Assembly (NCBI GenBank): GCA_016186485.1
Contig: JACPLN010000001.1
Coordinates: 18,377-82,376 of the forward strand
DNA: 64,000 nucleotides
Direction of reading: 5' to 3'
DNA from: Candidatus Nealsonbacteria bacterium
GTDB taxonomy: Bacteria > Patescibacteriota > Minisyncoccia > Minisyncoccales > UBA6532
Each line of letters begins with the position of its first letter. Position 1 is the stretch's first letter. Positions 9,489 to 21,248 of the stretch are shown piece after piece. The notes under the pieces were generated by a model that was given only the letters and a program-made list of their open reading frames with translations, searched no databases and had not been told where the DNA came from. The translations under genes and the position numbers were made by a program.

Positions 9489-10016
9489 TTAGCTAGGGAT
9501 TCTATCTATCAAGGATTTTCTTAGGGATTTTCGGTTTATTATCTTTAGGCAGTTTAGCCTTGCAGCGGTGTACACAGATTTCTCTAGGGATACCGATGCA
9601 GACTCGGGCCATCCCAGAAGTTCCCTTATTTTTTTCCTGAAAGTTTCTCCAACCCCCACAGCTATTTGATATGTTGTATACGAAACCACGAATTCGTTTA
9701 TACGGGGATTCCAATCGTAGAAGTTATCGGCAGGGCGAATTTTCACGCCTCCTGAAAGCCATTGGTCTTGTTCGTCCTTTGGTACATCAACAAGCCTGGC
9801 AAGTGTCTCGCAGCACTCAGGTATTATTTGGTTTTCTACTTCCAGAAGTTTTTCTGCTATTCTGAAAAATTCCTCTTCGGTCATACCTGACGCTTCCCAA
9901 GCCCCAAGCGCATGCTTTAGTTGGCGACTTGTGTGATCTCCGTTTTTCCACTCCTCATCGCCGATTTCGCGAGCCATCTTAGCTGCTTTTTTCCACACAG
10001 GCTCTTCATTGCTCAA
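9489..10016 (-). CDS. Hypothetical protein
   Basis: 175-aa ORF, TTG start with upstream GGAGG. Confidence 0.65.
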   Translation of the reverse strand: MSNEEPVWKKAAKMAREIGDEEWKNGDHTSRQLKHALGAWEASGMTEEEFFRIAEKLLEVENQIIPECCETLARLVDVPKDEQDQWLSGGVKIRPADNFYDWNPRINEFVVSYTTYQIAVGVGETFRKKIRELLGWPESASVSLEKSVYTAARLNCLKIINRKSLRKSLIDRIPS

Positions 10017-10210
10017 TTCCTTTCAATCACCTCCTGGTCGTACGGGATCTTGTTTGGTTGATTGATTAATTAACCCCATTTAGACGCCTTCTTACCAATA
10101 ACAGTTTAAAAAATATGCATGTTTTTGTCAAGCGCCATTTGCGCCCTGTTAAGCTATTTCCTTGCGCCAGCCAATTTATGGGGTATAATAACAAATAGAG
10201 ATTTATTTTT

Positions 10211-10663
10211 ATGGCACAAAGAAAATACCTTGAACACCTAAAAGCGATAGAGGCAAGGATAAATAAAAACCTCTTTTTTATTTGTTCCGCTGTTACGATA
10301 GCCGCAATATTAATGGTCCTTATAGAGTTTTTCAGCCGGGGCGTTTTTCCGCCAACGAGAATAAACCTGTTCTATTTCGGCGTTTTAATCATTTACTCGG
10401 TGCATAAAGAATTAGTCAGATGGCTTGGTAGAAAAGAAGTGGAGCGCCAGGGAGAATATTTTGTTTACAGCTGGATTGGTCTTACTACCACTCTTTACAT
10501 TATTAACTTTTTAACCAAAGATTATTTTAACTATTCCCCAAGCGGACAGACCCTGGACACCCTTAGAGAATCTACTATCATTACCCTTGAGGTATTGGCA
10601 GTCTTCATATTCACTAGATCTCTGAAGATAATGAAGACCATGCTGAAAAACAGGGTTCGTTAG
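10211..10663 (+). CDS. Hypothetical membrane protein
   Basis: Several TM segments; TATAAT upstream. Confidence 0.75.
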   Translation: MAQRKYLEHLKAIEARINKNLFFICSAVTIAAILMVLIEFFSRGVFPPTRINLFYFGVLIIYSVHKELVRWLGRKEVERQGEYFVYSWIGLTTTLYIINFLTKDYFNYSPSGQTLDTLRESTIITLEVLAVFIFTRSLKIMKTMLKNRVR

Positions 10664-10734
10664 GGGCCTATAGGTAAGTGGCATACCGGGTCGTTCGCAT
10701 CGACCAGTCGCCAGTTCGATTCTGGCTAGGTCCA
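10664..10734 (+). tRNA. tRNA-Ala(CGC)
   Basis: Cloverleaf; anticodon CGC; G3:U70 pair. Confidence 0.9.
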
Positions 10735-10771
10735 CTGCTTCGCCAAGGCTTCGCAGTGCAAGCACCATAAT

Positions 10772-11500
10772 ATGTTTCAAGACACATCTTTTGGCAAGGA
10801 AATAATCTGGGGCGAGTACCAGAAGAACCTCATTTTGCCCAAGCTCCAGAAACTTTTGAATTTAAAAAAAGGAGATAAAGTTTTGGATTTGGGATGCGGA
10901 GCGGGTTATTTTACCCGCCAGTTCGCCAAGTCGGGGGCTAATATTATCGGAGTTGACGTATCAAAAGAGATTATTGATATTGCTCGGCGGAAATCACCCA
11001 AGAATGTAAGATATTATACGGCTTCAGCCGATAAGTTGCCTTTTCCAAATAAAACCATTGATAAGATAATCGTTATTCTGGCCCTTCAGAATATGGAGAA
11101 TGTTTTCAAGGTTTTTAAAGAATGCCGCAGAGTATTAAAGCCGAAAGGCAAGCTGTTTATAGTAATGAATCATCCGGCTTTTCGCATACCCGGCGCTTCC
11201 AGTTGGGGGTGGGATCAAAATAATAAAATTCAATATCGCAGAATTGACAAATATCTTTCAAACCTTAAGGTAGAAATAAAGATGCATCCCGGGAAAGATT
11301 CTCAATCTTACACATTTTCTTTTCACAGGCCCGTACAGGCCTATTTCAACGCAATTTTTAAAAATAACTTTTGCGTAAGCCGCCTTGAAGAGTGGGTTTC
11401 TTTTAAAAAGAGCCAGCCGGGCCCCAGAGCAAAGGCAGAGGATTTGGCCAGATCCCAAATCCCTCTTTTTCTATATTTGGAAGCCATAAAAATGGATTAA
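10772..11500 (+). CDS. Class I SAM-dependent methyltransferase
   Basis: VLDLGCGAG, GVDVS, RVLKPKG. Confidence 0.9.
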   Translation: MFQDTSFGKEIIWGEYQKNLILPKLQKLLNLKKGDKVLDLGCGAGYFTRQFAKSGANIIGVDVSKEIIDIARRKSPKNVRYYTASADKLPFPNKTIDKIIVILALQNMENVFKVFKECRRVLKPKGKLFIVMNHPAFRIPGASSWGWDQNNKIQYRRIDKYLSNLKVEIKMHPGKDSQSYTFSFHRPVQAYFNAIFKNNFCVSRLEEWVSFKKSQPGPRAKAEDLARSQIPLFLYLEAIKMD

Positions 11501-11561
11501 ACAAAGGTCGTTAACCGCTAACTAAAAACCACTTACTATTAACTACCAGCCATTAACTAAT

Positions 11562-11606
11562 ATGTGCGACACTTGCGGCTGCGGAAAAGGGAAGGGAGGC
11601 AAGTAG
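11562..11606 (+). CDS. Putative 14-aa peptide MCDTCGCGKGKGGK
   Basis: Read directly from sequence; CxxCGC motif. Confidence 0.35.
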   Translation: MCDTCGCGKGKGGK

Positions 11607-11662
11607 GTTCCCCACGAATGTACTTGCGGAGGAAATTAAAATGGCCGGGTTTCGGCCTGTTT

Positions 11663-11697
11663 TGGGCTATTGCTTCCTCGGAGGAAGCAATAGCCCA
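11663..11697. repeat. REP-like palindrome copy 2
   Basis: Same sequence as copy 1. Confidence 0.95.
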
Positions 11698-11770
11698 GTA
11701 GTGAATTTTGGGCAATTCGGGGTTGACATGTTTTAAAATTAGCCGTAAAAAGGAATTAGTTGTTTGAAAA

Positions 11771-12887
11771 TTGAACATCCAGATATTGGCTCTTCAGATA
11801 CCCGGTTTTGACGGAGAAATCAAGGGTTTTGACCCCAATTCTATTTTCTGGCTCTTTATTTTTTATGTACTCCCGTTATTGATTATTTTCAAAGTGCCGC
11901 TTTTTCTAATGAATTATAACGCCAAGAAATTTATTGAGTCTCTGCAAAAAGATAGGGACTTTGCAAAAGCAGAGCTTATTAAAGAGCTAAAATCTCAAGG
12001 TTTTGAGAATAACGGCCAAAGAATAGATGAGATGCTGGAATACTTTACAATTAATCCGGTTGACCTTGATCCCAAAGGGATAGTTAATAAAATAGATTAC
12101 TTGCATTCTCTTCAAGGACAGAGAATGAGGCAAGAAATAGAAAGATTTGTCCCCGGCGCAAAAAAGGCTGAACGCCAAAACATTGAAAGTCTTTTGGAAA
12201 TTGCCGCCACCATTAATGTTTTGTTCAAAGTCGTCCGGCATTTATACCTGACGGCAAAAAAGTCAAAAAGCATAATTTGGGCAATGCAAACATTAATGCT
12301 TAAGCCCTTTATTGAAGAAATCATTGAGGCTCTAAAAGCTGCGATTCCGGCAATAAAGAGGGGGAATCCGATTGGCGATAGCATAGGTCCTATGGTAGTA
12401 GCCGGATTTATGAAAGAGAGAATTCCAGTGGCGCTAGACACGGTTTATTCTGTTGGCAAAGGGGGCGGAGACAGGAAATTAATATTCGTGAAAGCAGAGG
12501 GTCCGGGGCAGTACGGTGGGAAGAATTGGAGACGCGGTGGAAAGATTGGCAGAAGGGTGCAACCCGCATATTATTGTTACGATTGATGCCGGTCTGAAGC
12601 TTGAAGGAGAAGATTCCGGAATTGTGCAAGAGGGTGTTGGGACCGCAATCGGAGGCATTGGAGTTGAACGCTATAAAATCGAAGAAGTGGCGACAGCCAA
12701 TGACATTCCTCTTTACGCTATTATTGTATGGCAGTCCATTAAAGAAGCGATTTCAGAAATGACCGAAGAAATAAGAGGCAGTATTCCCGAGGTTTGCAGT
12801 AGGCTGGACAGGCTGGTGAATGAAAAAACCAAGCCCGGCAACACGGTCTTGATCGTTGGCGTAGGAAATACAATTGGAGTTGAGTAG
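11771..12887 (+). pseudogene. DUF1512-like protein split by a +1 frameshift at ~12505
   Basis: GDSIGPMV and KAEGPG in ORF1; IDAGLKLEGE and GTAIGGIG in ORF2; removing one G from GGGG (12505-12508) fuses them. Confidence 0.7.
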
Positions 12888-12889
12888 CC

Positions 12890-13453
12890 GTGGACGTCCT
12901 AGCTAGAAGCTATAAGGAAGCGGGATGCCAAGACATTCCGTTAATACGCCTTTCAGACGAGGAATATGCAAGAGGGCTTCAGTGTTTTGTCCCTGCTTGC
13001 GCCGATATTGCTATTGTTGATTTTGATAGAAAATTAATTTATCTTGCCCGCCGCAAAATAAAACCAATGGCAGGCTTGTGGTGGATCGGAGGAAAAATGA
13101 TGCCTCAAGAAACAAAAGAAGAAGCCGCTGTCAGGAATTTTAAGAGAGAAACAACCCTTGAACTTCCGCAATCGCGATTTAGGCTTGTTGCGGTCTTTGA
13201 CTATCGCTGGAATGACAGAGCTCAAACGCCCCAAACGATCGGCTGCCACATGCTGGCCTACACATTCATTGTTAATTTAAGCGCAGATGAGCTAGCTCGC
13301 GTCAGATTAGATGAAAACGAATACGAGGGTGGCCTAAAAGATTTTACCGAGAAACAGCTTTTAAAAGAAAACGTGTTTTCGCCAATTTTTGACCTTTATT
13401 GCCGAGTCTTTTCCGCATTTTCTGCCGACCATAAAATTAGTTCTTCAAAATAG
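12890..13453 (+). CDS. NUDIX hydrolase
   Basis: GGKMMPQETKEEAAVRNFKRET Nudix-like box. Confidence 0.8.
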   Translation: MDVLARSYKEAGCQDIPLIRLSDEEYARGLQCFVPACADIAIVDFDRKLIYLARRKIKPMAGLWWIGGKMMPQETKEEAAVRNFKRETTLELPQSRFRLVAVFDYRWNDRAQTPQTIGCHMLAYTFIVNLSADELARVRLDENEYEGGLKDFTEKQLLKENVFSPIFDLYCRVFSAFSADHKISSSK

Positions 13454-13554
13454 CATCCTAGACAAATAATCTAGGATTTTTTATTGACAGCGTCTATTGG
13501 TTTGTTAAGATACAATAAGTGGTCCGAAAAATTCGGGCCATATTTTAAAGTATT

Positions 13555-14868
13555 ATGGAAGACGTAAAGAATTTCTTGTCGGCTATTTCCCAAATTGCCG
13601 AAGAAAAAGGGATAGCTAAAGAAAAAATAATTGAAATTATTGAGCAGGCGTACGCCGCCGCCTACAAAAAAGATTACGGCGAAAAGGGCCAAATAATAAA
13701 GGCCAAGTTTGATTTGGAATCGGGCAAGGTTAAGTTTTGGCAGCAAAAATTAGCAGTGGACGAATCAACGATTTATTCAGAAGAAGAACTAGCCGCCCTC
13801 AAAGAGGGCGAGCCTCCCGTCGAAGGCGAGGCTCGCTTTGAGAAGCGGCGTCCCGATGGTCCGTCGGGGCGAGAAGAGGCAGAAGATGGGGAGAAAAAGG
13901 TGCGTTTTAATACAGAGAAGCACATTATGATAGACGAGGCTAAGAAACTTGATTCTAAAATTAAAGTTGGAGAAAGCCTTGAAATACCCTTGGAGGCGAA
14001 GGAAGATTACGGCAGGATAGCCGCTCAAACGGCAAAGCAGGTTATTTTGCAGAGAGTAAGAGAAGCAGAGAGAGAAATAGTTCTTGAAGAATACAAAAAT
14101 AAAGAAGAAGGGATAATTTCCGGAATTGTTCAGCGGGTGGAGCCAAGAGCGGTTTATTTGGACATTGGCAAGATTTTGGCAATTTTGCCCAGAGAAGAGC
14201 AGGTGCCGGGAGAGTTTTACAGGTCGGGCCAGAGGTTAAAAGTTTTTTTGCTGAAGGTGGAAGAAACGCCAAAAGGGCCGATTGTTTTTGTGTCAAGATC
14301 TTATCCTAAATTTGTTTCAAAGCTGTTTGAATTGGAGGTGCCGGAGGTCGCGGCAGGGACAGTGGTTATAAGGTCTATAGCCCGGGAGGCGGGCTCAAGG
14401 ACAAAAATAGCAGTAAGCTCAAACGTTGAAGGCGTTGATCCCATAGGTTCAATGGTTGGCCAAAAAGGAACAAGGGTAATGGCCGTCATCAACGAGCTCG
14501 GAGGAGAAAAGATTGATATAATAGAGTGGGCGGATGATCCAGAAAAATACATTGCTAATTCTCTTTCTCCGGCGAAAGCCTTGGAAGTAAGGATTATGCC
14601 GAAAAACACCGCTTTGGCCATTGTTCCTCAAGACCAGCTGTCTCTGGCAATTGGAAAAGAGGGCCAGAACGTCAGGCTGGCGGCAAAACTCACCGGTTGG
14701 AAAATAGATGTCAGGAGTCCCGAGGAAGCGGGAAATCAAGCAATTGAAGAAAAATCGGAAGAAGAAGAAGTTAAAAAAGAAAAGGAAAGCCCGCCAAAAG
14801 CTAAAGTATTAAGGCGGGCAGGGAAAAATACTAAAAAAACAGCCGCCGCTAAAACAAATAAAAAATAA
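13555..14868 (+). CDS. nusA: Transcription termination factor NusA
   Basis: [45 protein letters not shown]. Confidence 0.98.
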   Translation: MEDVKNFLSAISQIAEEKGIAKEKIIEIIEQAYAAAYKKDYGEKGQIIKAKFDLESGKVKFWQQKLAVDESTIYSEEELAALKEGEPPVEGEARFEKRRPDGPSGREEAEDGEKKVRFNTEKHIMIDEAKKLDSKIKVGESLEIPLEAKEDYGRIAAQTAKQVILQRVREAEREIVLEEYKNKEEGIISGIVQRVEPRAVYLDIGKILAILPREEQVPGEFYRSGQRLKVFLLKVEETPKGPIVFVSRSYPKFVSKLFELEVPEVAAGTVVIRSIAREAGSRTKIAVSSNVEGVDPIGSMVGQKGTRVMAVINELGGEKIDIIEWADDPEKYIANSLSPAKALEVRIMPKNTALAIVPQDQLSLAIGKEGQNVRLAAKLTGWKIDVRSPEEAGNQAIEEKSEEEEVKKEKESPPKAKVLRRAGKNTKKTAAAKTNKK

Positions 14869-14873
14869 ATTAT

Positions 14874-16886
14874 ATGATTTATTTTCCTATTATAGTTTCA
14901 ATATTCACAATTTCATTCGCCTATTTTTTGGCAAAAGAGGTCAAAAGGGCCTCTCCTGGAGAAAATAAGATGGCAGCCATATCCGGGTTTATCAGAGAAG
15001 GAGCCTTAGCTTATTTGAAAAGGCAATACAAGGTTATAGCATTGGTTGCCCTAGCGTTATTTTTCTTATTGTGGCTAACCTTAGGATTTAAGGTTGCTTC
15101 AGGTTTTTTATTGGGAGCTGTTTTTTCCGGCGCAGCCGGATTTTCCGGAATGATGGTTTCAACTATGTCAAATTCCAGGGTGGCTGAAGCTTCAAAAAGG
15201 GGGCCGGTCAGCGCGCTTTCCCTGGCTTTTAAAGGAAGTTCGGTAACCGGCCTTTTGGTTGGCGCCTTGGGTCTTTTTTCAGTGTCTCTGCTTTTTTGGC
15301 TGACAAAAGATCTTCAGGCTCTTTTAGGTTTGGGTTTTGGAGGAAGCTTGATTTCTATTTTTGCCAGGCTGGGAGGAGGAATTTATACCAAGGCAGCAGA
15401 CGTTGGGGCGGATTTGGTTGGAAAGCTTGAAAAAAATATTCCCGAAGACGATCCAAGAAATCCAGCGGTTATCGCCGATCTGGTAGGGGATAACGTCGGG
15501 GACTGCGCCGGCATGGCTGCGGATGTTTTTGAAACTTACGTTGTAACCTTGGTATCGGGGATGTTTTTAGGAGGCTTGATGTTTCCTCAATACGGCAATA
15601 TTCTGTTGCTGCCATTGATGTTGGGAGCGGTAGCTCTGGTCGCCTCCGTAATTATTATTTTCCTTTTCCGATTTCCGGGTTTAATAATTCCGTCTCTGGG
15701 GCAAAAGGAAATAAATACGCTTGAAATTCTTTACAAGGGTTTAATCGGGACAGGAATTCTTTCTGCCATTGGTTTTTTCCCCGTTATTAAGGCTTTTTTG
15801 GATCCATTGTATATTTCTTCAATTAGAATATATTTTGCCGCACTTTTGGGTCTTTTTCTTGCAGCCTGCATTTTCTGGGTCACGGAGTATTATACTTCTA
15901 AAAAGTTTTCTGCCGTAAAATCTATAGCCAAGGCTTCTTTAACGGGTCCGGGCACCACTTTGATCGCCGGCCTTGCCATAGGGTTCAGGTCAACCGCTCT
16001 CCCCGTTCTTTTGGTTGTTTTTGGAATATTTGCAAGTTTTTGGCTGGGGGGAATTTACGGTTTGGCAATGGCTGTTTTGTCAATGCTTTCTTTGTCGGGG
16101 TTTGTTATTGCCCTTGATGCTTTCGGCCCAATAGCGGATAACGCCGGAGGCATTGCTGAAATGGCCCAGGAGCCCGAAGAAGTGCGCAGGGTTACCGATT
16201 CCTTAGATGAAGCCGGAAACACCACCAAGGCCGTAACAAAGGCCTATGCAATTACTTCAGCGGGGCTAGCCGCCCTCATTCTTTTTTCAGCCTTTGTTCA
16301 GGAGGTTGAGAAAGCCGGGGTTGCGGTCCAGTTCTTTTTGGATAACCACCTTGTTTTAGCGGGTTTATTCATTGGCGGACTTTTGCCGTTTTTCTTTTCT
16401 TCTTTGGCAATGGAAGGAGTTGGTAAAGCCGCGTCCAGCGTTGTGGAAGAAGTAAGGCGCCAGTTTAGGGGAATTGAAGGACTTCAAGAGGGCAGGGCAA
16501 AGCCAGACTACGGCAGATGCGTTGATATAGTTACAAAAGCCGCCTTGAAAGAAATGATGATCCCGGCCGTTATCCCGATTGTTTCGCCCTTGCTCGTCGG
16601 TTTTCTTTTGGGCCCCGAAGCTCTGGGCGGAGTTCTTATCGGGAGCATTGTCACCGGTTTGTTTCTGGCTATTTTTATGAGTTCCGGCGGAGCCGCCTGG
16701 GACAATGCGAAAAAATACATTGAAGAAGGAAATTACGGAGGAAAAGGCAGCGATGCCCACAAAGCAGCGGTTGTGGGAGACATAGTCGGCGACCCGTTTA
16801 AGGATACAGCGGGGCCTGCAATAAACCCGATGATAAAGGTTATTAATATTATTGCTCTCTTAATGGTCGGATTTTTCGCCCTCTAA
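14874..16886 (+). CDS. hppA: Membrane-integral pyrophosphatase, K+-independent signature
   Basis: [43 protein letters not shown]. Confidence 0.96.
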   Translation: MIYFPIIVSIFTISFAYFLAKEVKRASPGENKMAAISGFIREGALAYLKRQYKVIALVALALFFLLWLTLGFKVASGFLLGAVFSGAAGFSGMMVSTMSNSRVAEASKRGPVSALSLAFKGSSVTGLLVGALGLFSVSLLFWLTKDLQALLGLGFGGSLISIFARLGGGIYTKAADVGADLVGKLEKNIPEDDPRNPAVIADLVGDNVGDCAGMAADVFETYVVTLVSGMFLGGLMFPQYGNILLLPLMLGAVALVASVIIIFLFRFPGLIIPSLGQKEINTLEILYKGLIGTGILSAIGFFPVIKAFLDPLYISSIRIYFAALLGLFLAACIFWVTEYYTSKKFSAVKSIAKASLTGPGTTLIAGLAIGFRSTALPVLLVVFGIFASFWLGGIYGLAMAVLSMLSLSGFVIALDAFGPIADNAGGIAEMAQEPEEVRRVTDSLDEAGNTTKAVTKAYAITSAGLAALILFSAFVQEVEKAGVAVQFFLDNHLVLAGLFIGGLLPFFFSSLAMEGVGKAASSVVEEVRRQFRGIEGLQEGRAKPDYGRCVDIVTKAALKEMMIPAVIPIVSPLLVGFLLGPEALGGVLIGSIVTGLFLAIFMSSGGAAWDNAKKYIEEGNYGGKGSDAHKAAVVGDIVGDPFKDTAGPAINPMIKVINIIALLMVGFFAL

Positions 16887-16904
16887 CCAAGTCAGGCTTG
16901 GCTA

Positions 16905-18146
16905 ATGAAACCTGAAATAAAAAAAATAAAGGACTCGCAGATTGAAATAACCGATCAAGTTTCTTCAGAAGATTTTGAAAAATACAAAGACCAAGCTATT
17001 TTGTTTTTGAGCAAGGATTTGGACATTAAGGGTTTTAGGCGGGGCGCCGTTCCCAAGGATATTGCCAAAAACCATCTTTCTCAAGACAAGGTTTTAACAG
17101 AGGCAAGAAGGCTGGCAATCCAAAAATCATATTTTAATATCCTTAAAGAAAATAATTTTGATCCGTTGGGGGAGCCGGAAGTTGAAATTTTAAATACGCC
17201 AAACAGCAGCCAATTGGAGTTTAGGATAAAGGTAGCCGTAATGCCGGAGGTTTGGCTGCCCGATTACAAGAACATAGCTTCAAAAGTCCAACGCAAGAAA
17301 GCGGAAGTTCAAAATGACGACGTTGAAAAAGCATTAAAATATCTTCAGCGGTCCAGAGCGAGTTTTAGCCTGAAAGAGGGCGCTTGCCAGAGGGGGGACT
17401 TCGTAGAAATTGAGTATTCTTCCCCGAATGTTTATGGCGGAAAATTGATCAAAGACGAATTTTTCCTCGGAGAAGGAAAACTTCTGGAGGGAATAGAAGA
17501 AAGCATTGAGGGAATGAAAGCGGGAGAGAATAAAGAAATAAAAGCAAAAGGCAAAGACATGGTTTTGAAATTAAGAATGCTTTCGGTAAAAAAAGCAGTT
17601 TTTCCGCAAGTTAACGATGAATTTGCCAAATCGTTGGGAAGCTTTGAAAGCCTGGCCAATCTTGAAAAAAACATTAGAGAAGGCTTATCTGCTGAGAAGG
17701 AGTCTGAAGAAAGCCAGAGAGTGAGGACAAAGATTTTATCTGAAATATCCGACCAAACAAAGGTTGAAATTCCTTCAATCTTGGTAAAAGAAGAGCAAGG
17801 GCGGATGCTGGCTTCTTTAAAAGACAGGGTCAAGAATGTTTTTGGAGCAGAATTTGAAGAATACCTGAAGCAAGTTAAAAAAAGCGAAGAGGATTTGCTT
17901 GCCGATTTTTCTTCGTCTGCAAATTCCCGAGTAAAGAACTTTTTGATTTTGCGGGAAATTGAAAAAAAAGAGAACATCGTTATAACCCAAGAAGAGATTA
18001 ATGAGGAAGCAAACAAGATTTTAAAAAGCTATTCTTCTGTCGGGCAGGCTAAAAAAAATATTGACGAAAAGGCTTTAAAAGAGTATTCTGCAGAAATACT
18101 AAAGCAGGAAAAGACCTTGGCAATGCTGGAAAGCTTTGCTAAATAA
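16905..18146 (+). CDS. tig: Trigger factor
   Basis: GFRRGAVP motif; precedes clpP. Confidence 0.9.
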   Translation: MKPEIKKIKDSQIEITDQVSSEDFEKYKDQAILFLSKDLDIKGFRRGAVPKDIAKNHLSQDKVLTEARRLAIQKSYFNILKENNFDPLGEPEVEILNTPNSSQLEFRIKVAVMPEVWLPDYKNIASKVQRKKAEVQNDDVEKALKYLQRSRASFSLKEGACQRGDFVEIEYSSPNVYGGKLIKDEFFLGEGKLLEGIEESIEGMKAGENKEIKAKGKDMVLKLRMLSVKKAVFPQVNDEFAKSLGSFESLANLEKNIREGLSAEKESEESQRVRTKILSEISDQTKVEIPSILVKEEQGRMLASLKDRVKNVFGAEFEEYLKQVKKSEEDLLADFSSSANSRVKNFLILREIEKKENIVITQEEINEEANKILKSYSSVGQAKKNIDEKALKEYSAEILKQEKTLAMLESFAK

Positions 18147-18153
18147 TAAATAT

Positions 18154-18735
18154 ATGAATTTAATTCCAACCGTTATTGAAAAATCCCAATACGGGGAAAG
18201 GGCATACGACATTTATTCAAGGCTTTTGAAAGAAAGAATCGTTTTTTTGGCGGGCCCCATAACTGATGTTGTTGCAAACTCTGTTATTGCCCAGCTTTTG
18301 TTTTTGGCGTCAAAAGATCCGAAAAAAGACATCCAGCTTTATATCAATACCCCCGGGGGATCGGTAACCGCCGGTTTGGCAATTTACGACACTATGCAGT
18401 ATGTCAAACCGGATATTTCAACCGTCTGCGTTGGCATGGCGGCCTCAATGGGGGCAACACTGCTGGCGGCAGGAAAGAACGGGAAAAGGTTCGCCTTGCC
18501 AAATTCGGAGATTTTGCTCCATCAGGTAATGGGCGAAGCCGGCGGCCAGGCGGTGGAAATTGAAATTACGGCAAAGCAAATAATTAAAATCAAAGAAAGG
18601 CTGAATAGGATTTTGGCGAAACACGCTGATCAGCCCCTGGAAAGGATTGAAAAAGACACGGACCGCGATTTCTATCTTTCTGCGGAAGAGGCGAAAGAAT
18701 ACGGAATAATTGACGAAGTAATCAAAACCAAATAA
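18154..18735 (+). CDS. clpP: ATP-dependent Clp protease proteolytic subunit
   Basis: [28 protein letters not shown]. Confidence 0.98.
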   Translation: MNLIPTVIEKSQYGERAYDIYSRLLKERIVFLAGPITDVVANSVIAQLLFLASKDPKKDIQLYINTPGGSVTAGLAIYDTMQYVKPDISTVCVGMAASMGATLLAAGKNGKRFALPNSEILLHQVMGEAGGQAVEIEITAKQIIKIKERLNRILAKHADQPLERIEKDTDRDFYLSAEEAKEYGIIDEVIKTK

Positions 18736-18866
18736 TAGGCGTTGCTTGGTTCGGGAAAGCAACTGGCCTGCCATTTTGACAGGTTTTTTTATTTATGCTA
18801 ATATAAGAAAGACGATTCAATTAACTTAGAAATCATTGGTGAATTACCAAAATTTCAATCAAATAT

Positions 18867-20396
18867 ATGAATCAATTTATCCTACTTTTAGCGGGCTTTC
18901 TTGCCCTGTCTTTAGGATCTGTTTTGGGTTATTTTGCGAGACAATCAGTTGCCAAAAAGCAAGCTGGAACAATAGAAGCGAAAATCCAGCAAAAAGTATC
19001 TCAAGCTCAAACTCAAGCGCAAGGATTGGTTTCTGATGCCAAAGAAAAAGCATCAAGAATTTTAGAAGCGCTAAAAAAGGAGGAAGACCGCAGAAGGACC
19101 GAGCTTTTAAAGGTTGAACAGCTTCTCTTAAAAAGAGAGCATATTTTGGATAAAAAAATCTCAGGCCTGGACGCGAAGGAAAAAGATATTGAACAAAGAA
19201 TAGTCAAGGTGAGAGAAGTTAAAAATCAGATTGACGAGCTGAATAAAAAGGCCGTGGACCAGCTGGAAAAGGTTGCCCAAATGACAAAAGAGGAAGCGAA
19301 GAAATCATTATTTGAGAATTACGAGAAAAGCATTGAGCAGGAAATAATGGAAAGAATAATTAAGCTTGAAAAAGAAGGGATACAGAGGTTTGAAAAAAAA
19401 GCAAAAGAAATATTGGCCTTTGCCATCCAAAAATACGCCCTTCCTCAAACCCAGGAGCTGACCACCACAACCATTTATCTTCCCTCGGAAGAAATTAAAG
19501 GAAGGATTATTGGAAAAGAGGGCAGAAATATTAGGGCCCTGGAAAGATTAACCGGAGTGGAGCTTGTTATGGACGAATCCCCGGAGGTGGTGGTTATTTC
19601 CGCTTTTGATCCTTTAAGAAGGCACATAGCCAAAGTAGCTCTTGAAAGATTGGTGCAAGACGGCAGAATTCAACCGGCTCGTATTGAAGAAATAGTGACA
19701 AAGACAGAGAAAGAGGTCCAAGAACAAATTAGGGAGGCCGGAGAAGCAGCGGTTTATGACACCGGAGTGATAGGATTGGACCCGAAGTTAATTCAGGTTT
19801 TGGGCAGGCTGAAGTTTAGAACCAGCTTTGGCCAAAATGTTTTGCTTCACTCAATTGAAATGGCGCATTTGGCCGAAGCAATTGCTTCTGAAGTCGGAGC
19901 CAATCCCATTGTTGCCAAAAAATCAGCTCTTTTGCACGATATCGGAAAGGCGATTGACAGGCAGGTTCAGGGTTCTCACGTTGAAATAGGAATAAAAATA
20001 TTGGAGAAATTTGGGGTGGAAAAAGAAGTTATTGACGCGATGAAATCGCATCACGAAGAGTATCCTTATACCACCATAGAATCCGTTATTGTTCAGGCGG
20101 TAGACCAGATTTCGGCCGCAAGACCGGGAGCTAGGCGCCAAACAGTAGAGAATTATATCCAGCGGCTGGAGGAGCTGGAAAGGGTTGCCCTGGCTTTCTC
20201 CGGAGTGGAAAAAGCCTGGGTTTTGCAGGCAGGCAGAGAAATCAGGGTTTTTGTAAAGCCGCAGGAAATAGACGATCTGACCTGCTATAAGCTTGCCAAA
20301 GACATTGCTAAAAGGATAGAGGAAGAATTAAGGTATCCCGGTGAAATAAAAGTGAACGTAATTAGAGAACATAGAGTTGTTGAGTACGCAAAATAA
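18867..20396 (+). CDS. rny: Ribonuclease Y
   Basis: N-terminal TM, coiled coil, KGRIIGKEGRNIR (KH), LLHDIGK (HD). Confidence 0.97.
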   Translation: MNQFILLLAGFLALSLGSVLGYFARQSVAKKQAGTIEAKIQQKVSQAQTQAQGLVSDAKEKASRILEALKKEEDRRRTELLKVEQLLLKREHILDKKISGLDAKEKDIEQRIVKVREVKNQIDELNKKAVDQLEKVAQMTKEEAKKSLFENYEKSIEQEIMERIIKLEKEGIQRFEKKAKEILAFAIQKYALPQTQELTTTTIYLPSEEIKGRIIGKEGRNIRALERLTGVELVMDESPEVVVISAFDPLRRHIAKVALERLVQDGRIQPARIEEIVTKTEKEVQEQIREAGEAAVYDTGVIGLDPKLIQVLGRLKFRTSFGQNVLLHSIEMAHLAEAIASEVGANPIVAKKSALLHDIGKAIDRQVQGSHVEIGIKILEKFGVEKEVIDAMKSHHEEYPYTTIESVIVQAVDQISAARPGARRQTVENYIQRLEELERVALAFSGVEKAWVLQAGREIRVFVKPQEIDDLTCYKLAKDIAKRIEEELRYPGEIKVNVIREHRVVEYAK

Positions 20397-20397
20397 A

Positions 20398-20670
20398 ATG
20401 ACAAAGGACGATATCAATCAAGCAATATCAAGGAAAACCGGCTTGTCAAAGAGGCAGGCAGGGGATTGTTTGCAGGTAATTTTGGACGAAATTGCAAAAT
20501 CTCTCTCTAAAGGCGAAAGCGTTTTGTTGCCGGGATTCGGCAAGTTTGTGGTTAAAGACAGAAAGGAAAGGCAGGGGGTAAACCCAAAAACCGGAGAGAA
20601 AATAAAGATTCCGGCAGCAAAAGTGCCCAAATTCAAACCCGGCCAAACACTCAAAGACGCCGTCAAGTAA
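20398..20670 (+). CDS. hup: DNA-binding protein HU
   Basis: GFGKF...RQGVNPKTGE...PKFKPG. Confidence 0.95.
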   Translation: MTKDDINQAISRKTGLSKRQAGDCLQVILDEIAKSLSKGESVLLPGFGKFVVKDRKERQGVNPKTGEKIKIPAAKVPKFKPGQTLKDAVK

Positions 20671-20703
20671 AAATACACGGGTTTCACCCGTGTATTTTTA
20701 CTT
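20665..20703. terminator. Bidirectional intrinsic terminator
   Basis: Inverted repeat AAGTAAAAATACACGGGT-TTC-ACCCGTGTATTTTTACTT between convergent genes. Confidence 0.85.
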
Positions 20704-20766
20704 ATAGAAACCTAATAAGTTTTCTGAAAATAAAAATTGGCAAGCGTTATTGCTGCCAATCTTTTT

Positions 20767-21135
20767 TCAAGATTCGGTGTCATTCGTTATCGTTATAAAA
20801 CGATATCCTATCATGATTGCTATTATTACAAGAACTATTTCTGCCCAATTAGTGAAATTGATACCAAAGAGGAAATGCCCCGCAGTCATAAGCGCCGCAA
20901 CAATCGTAAGAAATATATCTCCATATGGGGGTAGATAAAATAATAACATTTTACTGTGCGCGTGGTCGTTTCTCCAATTTACAAGGTGACTAAGGATATA
21001 GACAAAGACTATACCCACTAATGGCCAAATCCAGCTTTGATTCAACAGGTATGTAGAAGAATATAGAATAACCAATAGTCCCGCTAACGGTATAATCAAG
21101 AGCCAAACGAGATTTTTTCCAGTTCGCTTTTTCAT
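20767..21135 (-). CDS. Hypothetical membrane protein
   Basis: Four hydrophobic segments. Confidence 0.7.
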   Translation of the reverse strand: MKKRTGKNLVWLLIIPLAGLLVILYSSTYLLNQSWIWPLVGIVFVYILSHLVNWRNDHAHSKMLLFYLPPYGDIFLTIVAALMTAGHFLFGINFTNWAEIVLVIIAIMIGYRFITITNDTES

Positions 21136-21248
21136 TTATTTTTTACACCTTTTTAATTTACTGCTGCCAGCTTACCAAACCCAAAATAAAAAGCAAGTCG
21201 CTCATTTATATAAAATGAGCGAACCCCGCTCAAAAAATAGCGATTTTT

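Noticed and set aside
10511..10780. 89-aa minus-strand ORF, and similar ORFs at 22250, 23846, 25082, 40131
   Set aside because: Shadow translations of tRNA genes.
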